64,000 bases of DNA, from the sequence record LT960552.1, one strand, 5' to 3'. Both the position numbers and the translations under genes were made by a program. The notes beneath the pieces were generated by a model that worked only from the letters and a program-made list of their open reading frames with translations, was not told where the DNA came from and searched no databases. Below, piece after piece: positions 16,254 to 26,794 of the stretch (position 1 is the first letter of the stretch; every line of letters starts with the position of its first letter).

Positions 16254-16703
16254 ATGAGCGACTTAACTACTTCCCTGCTTTCACTGGCTAAAAACAACGG
16301 CGGCAACTTCAAATCAGAAAAGCAATCTGCTATGTTTAATAGTCTGGCAAGTAATGGTGTGTTAGTTCTCGCTGGTGGATCTGTATATGGTAACACATGG
16401 TCATATGAGTTTATCATTGATAGTACTGGTGTTGTATCAGTCAATAAACTATCTTATAGCAAAGCTGGTGTTGCCAGTACTGAAGCTATGTTCTCACGCG
16501 ATGGTACTGTTCAGGCTGACCGTAAAGTTGCACAGGATGATAAGAATACTAAACGTATCAAGCGTGAGATTAAAGGGCTTGAGAAACGTATCAAGCAACG
16601 TCAAGCAGAGTATGATGCTGGTCAGTATCCCGATGCTGAAATGTTTAATAAAGCTCAGAGAGAAGATAGAGATAATTTGGAAGAGTACCAAGCAATGTTA
16701 TAA
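16254..16703 (+). CDS. hypothetical protein
   Basis: start refined after GGGAG. Confidence 0.75.
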   Translation: MSDLTTSLLSLAKNNGGNFKSEKQSAMFNSLASNGVLVLAGGSVYGNTWSYEFIIDSTGVVSVNKLSYSKAGVASTEAMFSRDGTVQADRKVAQDDKNTKRIKREIKGLEKRIKQRQAEYDAGQYPDAEMFNKAQREDRDNLEEYQAML

Positions 16704-16768
16704 AGTACTTGACATTTATTAAAGCCACTGTCATAATGTCGGTGGCTTAGTCTATTGAGGAATAGCAT

Positions 16769-16969
16769 ATGTTTAATGTAGTAGGTTGTTTAGGGTGTAC
16801 CATTGGTAGTGCAGCGTCAGTCGATGAAGCTATCACACTTGTACGTTCACAGGTGCCAGTAGGTAAGAAGAAGCAGAGCACCATGCGTAACGCTCTCTCT
16901 ACGCTACACCAAGGCCAGCAGTACCATGTAGACTATGGTCATTCAGGGGTAACCGTAGAGCGGCTATAG
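16769..16969 (+). CDS. hypothetical protein
   Basis: GAGGA RBS, promoter TTGACA-17-CATAAT. Confidence 0.7.
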   Translation: MFNVVGCLGCTIGSAASVDEAITLVRSQVPVGKKKQSTMRNALSTLHQGQQYHVDYGHSGVTVERL

Positions 16970-17193
16970 GTAAGCCGTACGCTGTTATATGGCATTTTTA
17001 ATTTAATTCAAAAAATATTTTATACAGAATAAAAGTACTTGACTTTTGAAATGAGTAAGGGATACCTTAACTTTTCTGTATAAAATATGTTTGGACTATG
17101 CAAAATTTTTTTGCTTACTAAAGGCCAGTAACGCTTAGCACCCCTATAATCGGGGTATATGAGTATAATGTTATATTCTATTAGGAGAATAGA

Positions 17194-17832
17194 GTGGAAG
17201 AACAGCACACATTACATTTAGAATGGAATAGACGTAAAAACCACGCTTATAGAAACCATCGTGGTGATGGTATAGATTCACCAGTACTTAACCCTATTAA
17301 GAAGAATGTATACCAATCTGATTTTTACAATCAGCTATTACATTACGGGTCACAATTAATTAACTTAAGTACTAGTATTATGCCGCATGTACATATTGAT
17401 TATGGTTGGATTGAAAATAGGGGAAGGTTATATATTCCAGTAGCTAATAGCTGTACATTTGAGATATTCACGGACGATCTTGGAGATGCTGTAATACTTA
17501 AGAACGACTTTCAAAAAATTTTTCAGTTATACTTAATGAATAATCACAAACATACAATAATGTACGGTAATAATTTTATTGGTAACAACTTAATAGTACT
17601 CCAATGTGAACATGTTAATTACGCAGTGGATATTAGTATAGATACAGAGTTATCCAAAGCAGTAAAAATGGAAACCAAGAAACTCCCAACAAAATATAGT
17701 ACTTCTATAGTATATGGGATTACTGATGAATTATTATGGTTATGTAATATGAATATAATTGAGTACTTTAGTTTTATCGAAGATGCCATACACTCATTAT
17801 CAGAAGAATGTAAAATAAGAGGATATCTATAA
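17194..17832 (+). CDS. hypothetical protein
   Basis: ORF, AGGAG RBS, GTG start. Confidence 0.75.
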   Translation: MEEQHTLHLEWNRRKNHAYRNHRGDGIDSPVLNPIKKNVYQSDFYNQLLHYGSQLINLSTSIMPHVHIDYGWIENRGRLYIPVANSCTFEIFTDDLGDAVILKNDFQKIFQLYLMNNHKHTIMYGNNFIGNNLIVLQCEHVNYAVDISIDTELSKAVKMETKKLPTKYSTSIVYGITDELLWLCNMNIIEYFSFIEDAIHSLSEECKIRGYL

Positions 17833-17901
17833 TGGATTATGAGAAGTTGACACCTGAAGATGTTATTGATATGTGTATAACATTCTTTGATAATTTGGAG
17901 A

Positions 17902-18531
17902 ATGAAGATGGCAGTAATTGATAATGTATCATTTTTTACTACTATGTTATATGAATTGTCTTACAATTTTAGCAAAGTACATGGTAAATTACTTAAACAG
18001 TATTATTCAGGATATGACAGTTCATTTGTATACACAGGGGCTAAGTACAGTGATGTTTTTAATAATTACCTACGCTGCATGATAAAATGTACAGAATCGT
18101 TTAGTACTATAGAATTCACTATAGGGTCTAAGGTACATCCGTTATGTATTATCAGGCACAATAAAAGTATGTCTCTTGAATATTCATATACGAATGGTAT
18201 TAAATTAAATCGTTCAAAAGGTACAGATAATGATACAGTACTAAAGTTAATGAGTGCTGGTACTTCTGAATTGATACAATTACCTGGTTCATTAGATAAT
18301 GATATATTAGAGCCTTGGGAATTTCAGATGCTTACTAAGTATGACATAGGAACATTTAATATATTTTTGTTAGATGCATGGATAGTTAATGAGTTACCTT
18401 TTTACACTGATATAGAAGTTAATTTTCTTCCTTTTGGAAGTGATACAACATCTGCTCAAAGGGCATGTTTAATAGAAATGTTTACCAGTACAGTACAAGG
18501 GTTGATACATGAAGCTTCTAAAGTTTATTGA
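17902..18531 (+). CDS. paralog-family protein (E..FQ..T motif)
   Basis: LEPWEFQMLTKYD. Confidence 0.75.
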   Translation: MKMAVIDNVSFFTTMLYELSYNFSKVHGKLLKQYYSGYDSSFVYTGAKYSDVFNNYLRCMIKCTESFSTIEFTIGSKVHPLCIIRHNKSMSLEYSYTNGIKLNRSKGTDNDTVLKLMSAGTSELIQLPGSLDNDILEPWEFQMLTKYDIGTFNIFLLDAWIVNELPFYTDIEVNFLPFGSDTTSAQRACLIEMFTSTVQGLIHEASKVY

Positions 18532-19144
18532 TGTATGTAAATCCTTATTAGAATTGCATAGTTTACTTACTTCTAACACATTCAACACATCAATTGTTAT
18601 GAATTATGATAGAATACAATTAAGTACTGGTAATGAGTATCGTGTATTGTCAGGTGGAGCTATGGCAACAAGGTTAGAATTTTATCTATCAGAATATAGA
18701 TCAGATGCTACATTAGTACAAGTATCTCGGCAGATGGATTTACACATAAAATTAAGAGATGATCATTATTTCTTAATGAATGAAGATAATCTTTTACAAT
18801 TTGGTATATTAAAAGAAACTACTGGTGTATTGAATATGATGGCAGTGTATCTTCCGTTCATCGATAATAATGTACCGCATGACCAAGATACATTAGAAGC
18901 ATTAGAGTTTCAGTACTTAACGAAGTACAGTATAAATGAAGTACAAGCGATGATAGTATATCATATACTTAACGGGTACAGAAAAGATTATCCAGCTCAT
19001 ACATTAACTTCAAAGTACAATCCATCATTAGTAATTAATTTTAAAGTACTGGATGAATGTACAGAAGAAGAGTTAGATGAAATAAACAATAAAATACGGG
19101 AACAGATAAATGGGATTCAACTTTCAGTACTATCAAAAATTTAA
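18509..19144 (+). CDS. paralog-family protein
   Basis: LEALEFQYLTKYS. Confidence 0.75.
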   Translation: MKLLKFIDVCKSLLELHSLLTSNTFNTSIVMNYDRIQLSTGNEYRVLSGGAMATRLEFYLSEYRSDATLVQVSRQMDLHIKLRDDHYFLMNEDNLLQFGILKETTGVLNMMAVYLPFIDNNVPHDQDTLEALEFQYLTKYSINEVQAMIVYHILNGYRKDYPAHTLTSKYNPSLVINFKVLDECTEEELDEINNKIREQINGIQLSVLSKI

Positions 19145-19706
19145 AGAAATATTTAAAGTTATGTCAAAGTTTGATGCTGTTATTACAGATGACATTGAGT
19201 TCAGGGATGATATATTATCAGTAAGATTAGTACGAGTACGTTCTTGTATGACATTTAATATATTTGCAGTTGGTTTTGATTTTGATTATCCAGTACTTAG
19301 TATGTCGTGGTGTTACAAGAACAGCACCGCTAATTTTTCTGGATTTATCTTCAGTAAAGATACATTTATAAGTTCAATTTATAGTACTAATGATATAAGT
19401 AATTTTAATTATGCAGTTTATGAAAATATTAATGAAAAGAATGTATGTAAGTTGGATTATCCTTTACGGGAAGAACAAGTATTTCAGGAGTTGACGAGAT
19501 TTAATATTCCACATGAAGAAGATATAAATGTATTCATGGAGACTTCTTATGAAGTACTAAATGGTAGTACTAAGTTTAGTTCTTTCTCTTTTCATCCACA
19601 AAATTTTGATTCGAAAAATGAAACAGAAATGGATAATATGGTACAATCGATATTGGAACGTTTAGAGCTTTTGTATCTTCAAAATGACTCAATTTTAAAA
19701 GAATAA
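19110..19706 (+). CDS. paralog-family protein
   Basis: REEQVFQELTRFN. Confidence 0.75.
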   Translation: MGFNFQYYQKFKEIFKVMSKFDAVITDDIEFRDDILSVRLVRVRSCMTFNIFAVGFDFDYPVLSMSWCYKNSTANFSGFIFSKDTFISSIYSTNDISNFNYAVYENINEKNVCKLDYPLREEQVFQELTRFNIPHEEDINVFMETSYEVLNGSTKFSSFSFHPQNFDSKNETEMDNMVQSILERLELLYLQNDSILKE

Positions 19707-19728
19707 ATAAATGTTCTCTAAAAAATAG

Positions 19729-20409
19729 TTGTATAAAAAATGGTCAAAAAAAATTCCGCTTCTAATATTTAATATCAAGATAAAATGGCGGGGCGAGGGG
19801 AGCGGCGGGTTGATGGAATCGATGTTAGTACTAAAAGAGTTTTACGAAAAGTTTTCTTCATTAATAAATGAGATTGGTATATTAAGTACACAGATGAATG
19901 ATACGGCTGTAGAATGGGGAGGACAAGAACGGGGTTTACGATATACATTTACAAAAGACGAAGGATTCTATTCTATTAAATTAATAGATGATATTCATTA
20001 TACATTTGAATTAGAAGCCATATGTTATAATTTTCAACATATTAATATTAATTCTACATGTACATTTTTTACAAGTCCTCAATGTAATGAAATATATACT
20101 GGTAAAGGATTTAGTACTACAAAGTTCAATATAGTTCACCGAGATGAAAGTGAGTTTAGAAGGGACATGAATTATCCTATAGTAGAAGAAGAATATTTTC
20201 AAAATAGTACACGAATGAAATTAGAAGATGAAGAATTTTATCAGTACTTTATGGAATTAGAACCATTATCCCTAGAGCTTGGTTTAAAATTTTCTCACGT
20301 TGAAGATGGTGAAAAATTAGCTCTTTCATTACTTAAAGATACTGCACTAATTAATAGTATTATTAATAAATTGAATATTCTTTTAATGACATGCCAGAGA
20401 ATACCATGA
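19729..20409 (+). CDS. paralog-family protein
   Basis: VEEEYFQNSTRMK; true start probably downstream. Confidence 0.7.
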   Translation: MYKKWSKKIPLLIFNIKIKWRGEGSGGLMESMLVLKEFYEKFSSLINEIGILSTQMNDTAVEWGGQERGLRYTFTKDEGFYSIKLIDDIHYTFELEAICYNFQHININSTCTFFTSPQCNEIYTGKGFSTTKFNIVHRDESEFRRDMNYPIVEEEYFQNSTRMKLEDEEFYQYFMELEPLSLELGLKFSHVEDGEKLALSLLKDTALINSIINKLNILLMTCQRIP

Positions 20410-20930
20410 GTGATATTTACAAACAAGCAAGAAAGTACTGTAATAGATTTTTAAAGTTAGATAAAGTGATGGTAAATTCTGAATCTACGATCATGAAAGG
20501 AACGTGGACGAGTCCATATAATGTTACTAATCGATATCAAGCTTCATTAGATTCTAATAAGAAAGGATTTAAAATGAAAATGGCTAGAGGTCGATTTTCG
20601 TCATATGAAGTATATTATTACAGACATAGTTATGACGTTAGAACACACTCACATAGAGATAAAAATTTTTATATTATAAATGATAAAATATTTTCACATT
20701 ATAGTACTAAAACAGTTCAAGAATTACGTGATGTATCAATATATGATGAAGGGTTAGAATTTCAATTAAGCACTGTATATAATGACAGTGAATTATTTGA
20801 CTATTATTGTTGTTCTATGTTATACTATGATGGTTTTCGTGGGGCATGTAGGACAAGTGTACATCACAGTACTTGGAAAGCGTTATATGAAAACGCATTA
20901 AAAATAAACTCTAAAACTTACGGTAGATAA
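20391..20930 (+). CDS. paralog-family protein
   Basis: DEGLEFQLSTVYN. Confidence 0.75.
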   Translation: MPENTMSDIYKQARKYCNRFLKLDKVMVNSESTIMKGTWTSPYNVTNRYQASLDSNKKGFKMKMARGRFSSYEVYYYRHSYDVRTHSHRDKNFYIINDKIFSHYSTKTVQELRDVSIYDEGLEFQLSTVYNDSELFDYYCCSMLYYDGFRGACRTSVHHSTWKALYENALKINSKTYGR

Positions 20931-20931
20931 A

Positions 20932-21486
20932 ATGTCTAGAAATGAGTTAATACAATTAAGTACTATATATAAGTTGTTAGGTGCGTATAAAATTTTCAAA
21001 GATAGTAGGACTAATACTTTATACAACAAGACTATTTTTAATTATAAAGATTCTGGATATGATTTAGAAATATCCAATTCTGGTTTATACATTTGGCCTA
21101 CTGACAAAGAGCGTGATGGTAATCAATTATTTTGTATAGAAGAAATTCTATCAACTGATTGGTGGGTTAAGTCTGTAATAAATGATGATGAATTTTCGTT
21201 ATGTCCAAAAGAGTTTATCGAAATAGAAGTTGGAGATCACGAAGATTATGAAAAAAAATATATCTATATTAGCAAATACAGTGAAAGTATCTTTAACACT
21301 TATTCAGAGGAATGGTTTTTTCAACAAATGACCGTTCAGAACATTATACCATTTGAACAATTCAAAGACGAGGTTAAGTTTTGTGAAAAAATATTATCTA
21401 TGAATATAGATGAAAATGATCTAATTTACATATATGATTTAAGAGACTTTGACATAAAACTGTTAGAAGGGTTTAGAGAAATATGA
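20932..21486 (+). CDS. paralog-family protein
   Basis: SEEWFFQQMTVQN. Confidence 0.75.
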   Translation: MSRNELIQLSTIYKLLGAYKIFKDSRTNTLYNKTIFNYKDSGYDLEISNSGLYIWPTDKERDGNQLFCIEEILSTDWWVKSVINDDEFSLCPKEFIEIEVGDHEDYEKKYIYISKYSESIFNTYSEEWFFQQMTVQNIIPFEQFKDEVKFCEKILSMNIDENDLIYIYDLRDFDIKLLEGFREI

Positions 21487-21911
21487 TAGTATTTCATGCT
21501 AGTACTGTTAACATTACAAACTTTTACATTCCATATGGTGGATTACATGTTGGTGGTATTCACAGTGCTATAGAATGTGCATTAAGGAAGGTCTATACGG
21601 GTCGTGACGAGGGATTTGAGGTAGATACCATCTACATACATCGTTGTTTTCTGAACGTACAGAAGCCTTTTGAGGCTGATGATATGGGTAGTGATGTTTC
21701 ATGGAAACGATTAAACAAGACTTTAATAGCTACTGAAACAGACTTCGACTGTATTAAATATATCAACAAGTATGAACCTGATATTGTTTCATCGTATTGT
21801 TTATTTGATACCAATTTAATAGAGATCCTTGATTGTAATAGTATGCACATGGATATGGCAGAAAATATTTTAAATGGGGTTTACAATGACGAATACCGTT
21901 ATAGTTGGTGA
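21483..21911 (+). CDS. possible ADP-ribosyltransferase-like fold protein
   Basis: N-terminal VFHAS..ITNF...GLHVG...A and late YINKYE..SYCLFD..LIEI pattern. Confidence 0.45.
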   Translation: MIVFHASTVNITNFYIPYGGLHVGGIHSAIECALRKVYTGRDEGFEVDTIYIHRCFLNVQKPFEADDMGSDVSWKRLNKTLIATETDFDCIKYINKYEPDIVSSYCLFDTNLIEILDCNSMHMDMAENILNGVYNDEYRYSW

Positions 21912-22491
21912 TACCTATATAAAAGAGAATAAATTAGTTGAAACTTTAATATTTTCATTAAGAATAATTCCTTTATTAAAACGTTCAGATGAATTGTTTA
22001 TGAGTATTAACAAAGACTTAGAATATAGTTTTGACAGTACTTTTCACAGTAATGAAGAAACGTATACTGTTATTATAAAAGAAGATAGATATATTAACAT
22101 TTCTGCATCATACGTAGGGGATAATGGATATACATTCAATCGTCCTATTATAAGAATTCAATATCAAGATATAGACAGTAGTACTAATATTGGAATTACT
22201 TATTTTACATATTCCCCTCTACATAAAAGTTTCACTATTGATGGTAATAATAATTATGTAGTTCCTAGACCATTTGTACATGATGAAGCATGGTACTTTC
22301 AAAAGTTAACACAACATGATTTATATCCAGAGAGTTGGTATATTCATGGTTCTAATCTAATGAATAAGTTAATAGATTTGGATGGTAATTTTGTATATAT
22401 GCGGGTACAAACTGGATTTGATGAAGAAGAACTTCAGAACATATCAAATATTTTAGATTTAATGGAAATAAAAAATGCTAAACATAATTGA
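21874..22491 (+). CDS. paralog-family protein
   Basis: HDEAWYFQKLTQHD. Confidence 0.75.
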   Translation: MGFTMTNTVIVGDTYIKENKLVETLIFSLRIIPLLKRSDELFMSINKDLEYSFDSTFHSNEETYTVIIKEDRYINISASYVGDNGYTFNRPIIRIQYQDIDSSTNIGITYFTYSPLHKSFTIDGNNNYVVPRPFVHDEAWYFQKLTQHDLYPESWYIHGSNLMNKLIDLDGNFVYMRVQTGFDEEELQNISNILDLMEIKNAKHN

Positions 22492-22921
22492 AAACATTGA
22501 TCCTATCAATTACATTGTACAAGATGTTTTAAATAACATCGATGGATTGGAGTTAACTCCACGTAATAATTTTTATATTGGTGATGGTTACTCACTTGAC
22601 GTACAAGAAGTACGTAAGAATTCATATAAATTAAAAGTACGAACAAATAATTTACAAGATTTATGTAATATTGCATTTGATAAGAAGAATCTTATCATAC
22701 GTTACAGTCCTGAATTTTTCTTTATACAAGAAGGTACAGAGTTGAGTACTAACTTGTTTGATGAAATGTTTCGGTTAGAAGAATTACCTAATGCATTTAG
22801 GAATAACAGTACTGTATTTGGATTAAGTGTGGAGTTTGATCATATAACGATGATGCAAACTATTGAACTTTGCCGTAGAATTCGAGATGATTTCTTGCGG
22901 AGAATTGCGTTACAAAAATAA
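22475..22921 (+). CDS. hypothetical protein
   Basis: overlapping ORF in operon. Confidence 0.7.
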   Translation: MLNIIENIDPINYIVQDVLNNIDGLELTPRNNFYIGDGYSLDVQEVRKNSYKLKVRTNNLQDLCNIAFDKKNLIIRYSPEFFFIQEGTELSTNLFDEMFRLEELPNAFRNNSTVFGLSVEFDHITMMQTIELCRRIRDDFLRRIALQK

Positions 22922-22941
22922 AAGTACTATCAAGGATGATA

Positions 22942-22949
22942 TATAAATA
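22942..22949 (+). promoter_or_regulatory. T4-type late promoter candidate
   Basis: perfect TATAAATA in the intergenic gap. Confidence 0.4.
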
Positions 22950-23000
22950 CTTTTAGAGCACAAGATTGTGCTAATAATACAAGTTCAAGGGAGTGAACAC

Positions 23001-23480
23001 ATGAATAATCTTATTCAAAAAGATAATGGGCCAATTGACGATGTGATCACGCAAGACGCTTTTGAAGTACATGGGACAATGTTTAATATTAAAGATATAG
23101 TACAATGTTTATTTTTATGCAGTTCAACGATGCATGAATTTTTCAATAACCCAATGTGTAATTGTTTTGCAGTAACTATCAATAGTACTGATAAGTGGGT
23201 TATGGCTACACCGATGACGATGAATACTGAATTTAATGAATGTGTTATGCGTAATAATAAAGAAAAAACACCACAATCTGAAGTACAGAAATTACGTAAT
23301 ACATACTCTAGACCAGATGAAAAACACGTATTGATGTTTTTATCTAAAGGGTATGTGATGGATAATTTTACAGTACAAGAGAGTTATCATGATTTTCTCT
23401 TTACAGAAGGAGAACCACATGTTATGATAACTGCGGAAGATATAGAAAGTTTAACCTTAAAGAATCCTTACTTGGAGTAA
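23001..23480 (+). CDS. hypothetical protein
   Basis: start refined after GGGAG. Confidence 0.75.
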   Translation: MNNLIQKDNGPIDDVITQDAFEVHGTMFNIKDIVQCLFLCSSTMHEFFNNPMCNCFAVTINSTDKWVMATPMTMNTEFNECVMRNNKEKTPQSEVQKLRNTYSRPDEKHVLMFLSKGYVMDNFTVQESYHDFLFTEGEPHVMITAEDIESLTLKNPYLE

Positions 23481-23482
23481 TA

Positions 23483-23644
23483 ATGGCGAAGTCAAAAAAT
23501 AAAAATATTCCAGTTGTTAACAATTTTGTTGCAAAGCACATGGAAACATTTAACAAACCAAAAACGTTTGTAGATCAAAAGAAAGAATTTAAAAATGGTA
23601 AGACAAAACACAAAGGACGCTATGATGCGTCCTTTGACGTTTAA
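23483..23644 (+). CDS. small basic phage protein (53 aa)
   Basis: MAKSKNKNIPVVNNFVAKHMETFNKPKTFVDQKKEFKNGKTKHKG...; GGAG RBS; missed by the track. Confidence 0.7.
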   Translation: MAKSKNKNIPVVNNFVAKHMETFNKPKTFVDQKKEFKNGKTKHKGRYDASFDV

Positions 23645-23655
23645 ATGGTGAATAT

Positions 23656-24519
23656 ATGTTAGATTATAAAAAGTATTCAGTAAAAGAATTTATTGAATAT
23701 GCTAGAGAACAAAATAAAACAAAAAATAATAACAGTTTTGTTCTTGGGTATGATAATGAATGTGATGTATACTTAATATCAAAATATCAAAATATGGGGA
23801 ATTACAGAGCCTGTGTTTATTCTAAATATTTTTCTGTAGCTAATATTGAAACTGGAAAATATATATTCTATTATTGTAATTTTAAAAATACAGTAACGCA
23901 TGAGTTTGAAAATGTTTCATTCAGTACTAAGTATAACAATAAAACAAAAACTTATGAAATTAAATCTAAAACGTATAAATTGAATAACAAATCAATTGAT
24001 ATAGAAACAAATAGTCAAATTTTCACAACTATCTATGATGATTTACGTATAAAAGAAAGACTATACAGAAATGGATGTAAATTTATTGAAGTTAGTTTTC
24101 CTATTGTAACTTACGTAGATGGAAAAGTTCATAATAGAACGTATGGCGAAACCTATATACATGAAACATATAATAGTAAAGGTGTTTGTACTTTTTGTAA
24201 TTTTAGTTTTAGTTATAAAGGGAACCGTGCTACTATTCAGATGTATTATAAGAAAGGTGCTAGTTTTTGGATGAGTTCAGGTACAGGTAACACTGATTTA
24301 TATTTACGTGATAATATAAAAATTCCTGAATTAAAAGAAGTAGGAATTGAGTACTTATATAATGATTTTAACATGTGGAACATAGATTTGCGTATGGTTG
24401 GTTCAGAAAATTTTGAATGTTTTGAATATGCAAAATCTCATCTTATTAAGTTACTTACTAAACATAGCAAGTATTTAAGTACTGCATTAGATAAAATAAA
24501 GGTTCACAATGAAGCGTAA
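23656..24519 (+). CDS. hypothetical protein
   Basis: long ORF. Confidence 0.75.
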   Translation: MLDYKKYSVKEFIEYAREQNKTKNNNSFVLGYDNECDVYLISKYQNMGNYRACVYSKYFSVANIETGKYIFYYCNFKNTVTHEFENVSFSTKYNNKTKTYEIKSKTYKLNNKSIDIETNSQIFTTIYDDLRIKERLYRNGCKFIEVSFPIVTYVDGKVHNRTYGETYIHETYNSKGVCTFCNFSFSYKGNRATIQMYYKKGASFWMSSGTGNTDLYLRDNIKIPELKEVGIEYLYNDFNMWNIDLRMVGSENFECFEYAKSHLIKLLTKHSKYLSTALDKIKVHNEA

Positions 24520-24832
24520 AATTAAATTTAAAGATGATATTCCAAAATATGTATGGTTAGGAAATCGAGGGTTTCCTAATCAGCATACTATTATTACGTA
24601 CCATGATAATTCAATTATTAGGGTTAGTGATGCCCCGAATTATCGGTCGGCGTTAGAGAGAATTTACACTTTTAGTAAGCAATGTAGGAATAACGATGAA
24701 ATATTGAAGTATGAGTTTGCATTATGTCATTACGTGGATGATGAGGATGAAGATACATTTTATCTTCTATTGTTACCATTTAACGAGTGGTATAAACATA
24801 TTGATATGGATCACAAATATGGAACAGAATAA
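24509..24832 (+). CDS. hypothetical protein
   Basis: overlapping ORF. Confidence 0.7.
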   Translation: MKRKIKFKDDIPKYVWLGNRGFPNQHTIITYHDNSIIRVSDAPNYRSALERIYTFSKQCRNNDEILKYEFALCHYVDDEDEDTFYLLLLPFNEWYKHIDMDHKYGTE

Positions 24833-24877
24833 TTTTTTATGGTATAATATACGCACCTAAACGAGAGGTTATCAACT

Positions 24878-25273
24878 ATGAACAAAACACATTCTACATA
24901 TCTAAAGGCAATAACTGGTGTCATTTTAGTGAATAAAGATGGCGAAGAATATATGTACTGTATTGAAGATATGCAATACTCTAAGTACTTTACTATTGGT
25001 CAAATTTTCAATGCAATTAGAGTACTATACGGTAAAGACGTTGGTGATTACGGTAAGTTATGGCCTCGTTATAAGATCAATGAAACTATCTCAAATGATT
25101 GGTTAACATTACAATCAGCAATGGATAATTGTGATACTGATTATGATTTTTTGGTGGAAGCATGTAAACAATTAAATGAAGAAGTTCCTGAAATTGTTGA
25201 ACGTGAAAAAGTACTACAACGATTAGAACTAGTTAAAGAAACAATCATGAAGATTGCGACTACAGTACAATAA
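24878..25273 (+). CDS. hypothetical protein
   Basis: GAGGT RBS; TGgTATAAT promoter upstream. Confidence 0.8.
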   Translation: MNKTHSTYLKAITGVILVNKDGEEYMYCIEDMQYSKYFTIGQIFNAIRVLYGKDVGDYGKLWPRYKINETISNDWLTLQSAMDNCDTDYDFLVEACKQLNEEVPEIVEREKVLQRLELVKETIMKIATTVQ

Positions 25274-25294
25274 ATTATTTAAAAGGAATATAAT

Positions 25295-25642
25295 ATGTCA
25301 AACGGAAGTGACAACAAATTCAATATGTTCGAAGGTCTAGATGTAGAAAAAACTCGCAAAGTACTTCATGATGATTCAGAAGTTCAATTCGAAAATACAG
25401 AAGATGAAGATGTTGAAATTGTAAGTATTACAATGAAAACAGATACTCGTAAGAAATATGCAGCATCAGTAATTGCAAGATCACAAGAAGAATATGAAAC
25501 ATATATCATTGGTTCGTATTTTGAAACATTAATCCATCCAGAAACTAAGGAAGAGTATCAAGTGAAAATCACAGTACTTAAACCTGAAGTTAATCCAATG
25601 GAAACAATGAAACCTGCATATGCTTACAGTACTAACCACTAA
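25295..25642 (+). CDS. hypothetical protein
   Basis: AAGGA RBS; terminator follows. Confidence 0.8.
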   Translation: MSNGSDNKFNMFEGLDVEKTRKVLHDDSEVQFENTEDEDVEIVSITMKTDTRKKYAASVIARSQEEYETYIIGSYFETLIHPETKEEYQVKITVLKPEVNPMETMKPAYAYSTNH

Positions 25643-25685
25643 TTAATTATAAGGGGCTTAATGCCCCTTTTTAAATAGGATATAT

Positions 25686-26021
25686 ATGAACGGTTTTGAT
25701 ATTTTGATTTTATGTTATATTTTTATAGGAATAAGTATAAGTGGGTATATTATATATTCATATATTCATGGAGTTTATGTTTATTTTAAACAATTATATA
25801 CAGCACAAGTAGTACGTCCATCTAGGATTAAAATTCAATTCGGTTATTCATTATTCGATTCAAATTATGACCATTGGGGTATAGTTATTGGTATATCATT
25901 TTTGTTTACATTAATGCATGTCGTGTGTGCATTATTAATTTGGCCTGTATTTTCCATATGGTTAATAAGTTACACAATCAAAGTAGCACGTATTAAAAAC
26001 TTTGGTGATGGGGACTACTAA
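25686..26021 (+). CDS. membrane protein
   Basis: multiple hydrophobic segments. Confidence 0.75.
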   Translation: MNGFDILILCYIFIGISISGYIIYSYIHGVYVYFKQLYTAQVVRPSRIKIQFGYSLFDSNYDHWGIVIGISFLFTLMHVVCALLIWPVFSIWLISYTIKVARIKNFGDGDY

Positions 26022-26791
26022 TGTTATCAATAAAAGATGTATTAAATTGTCAACAACGTTGGAATTCACAAATTACAAGTGTTGCAAACGGTATTGATTC
26101 AAAACTAATATCAGTACTTTCATATGAAGATATGTTTAGTGAAAAATATAATGATAATAAATTTAAAGAATTATATGAAGCATTAATTGAACCTATGGTA
26201 AAACAATATAATCAAGAATTAAACAGTTTAAGATCACAGTACTTAATTGAATATCTTAATGATATGGCAATTGTCCTTGATACTGTTGGTGTTAATACTA
26301 CAACAGGTGAAGAAATTAGTGCTCCGATAACAAATATACCTTATAGTTTTATTCCATGTGCTGAAGTTGAATGTGTATATAATTTTATCAATGAATTAAA
26401 ATATTCTATATATGAGTATCGTCCATTTTGGAGTAGAGGTGGTTATCACATATGTGGTAATAATGAATATATAACCACTGAAGGTTCAGATTCACCATGT
26501 AATTTTATTTTAAATAACAGAAATAAATTTATTAAAAGTTATGGTGAACATAAAATTGAGGTATTCAAACGTTCAGTACTACAAGCTAGTGATTTATTTG
26601 ACTATGATATACATGTACAACCTATGTCTAGATATGATGAAGATAGGATTCCAAATAACTATAATTTAGCAGTTAGACGGCATTTAATATTAAAACATGC
26701 ATTAGAAAATGAAAAATTGATAGAAGAACACTCACGATTTATATCGAAGATATCAATAGATGGTGATGTTCTATTCACAGAGATAGGATAA
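26021..26791 (+). CDS. hypothetical protein
   Basis: long coupled ORF. Confidence 0.75.
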   Translation: MLSIKDVLNCQQRWNSQITSVANGIDSKLISVLSYEDMFSEKYNDNKFKELYEALIEPMVKQYNQELNSLRSQYLIEYLNDMAIVLDTVGVNTTTGEEISAPITNIPYSFIPCAEVECVYNFINELKYSIYEYRPFWSRGGYHICGNNEYITTEGSDSPCNFILNNRNKFIKSYGEHKIEVFKRSVLQASDLFDYDIHVQPMSRYDEDRIPNNYNLAVRRHLILKHALENEKLIEEHSRFISKISIDGDVLFTEIG

Positions 26792-26794
26792 TTA

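Noticed and set aside
17136-17160. CACCCCTATAATCGGGGT as a 12th element copy
   Set aside because: It resembles hairpin 2 on the minus strand only. There is no G(A/C)GAAA hairpin and no correctly spaced promoter.
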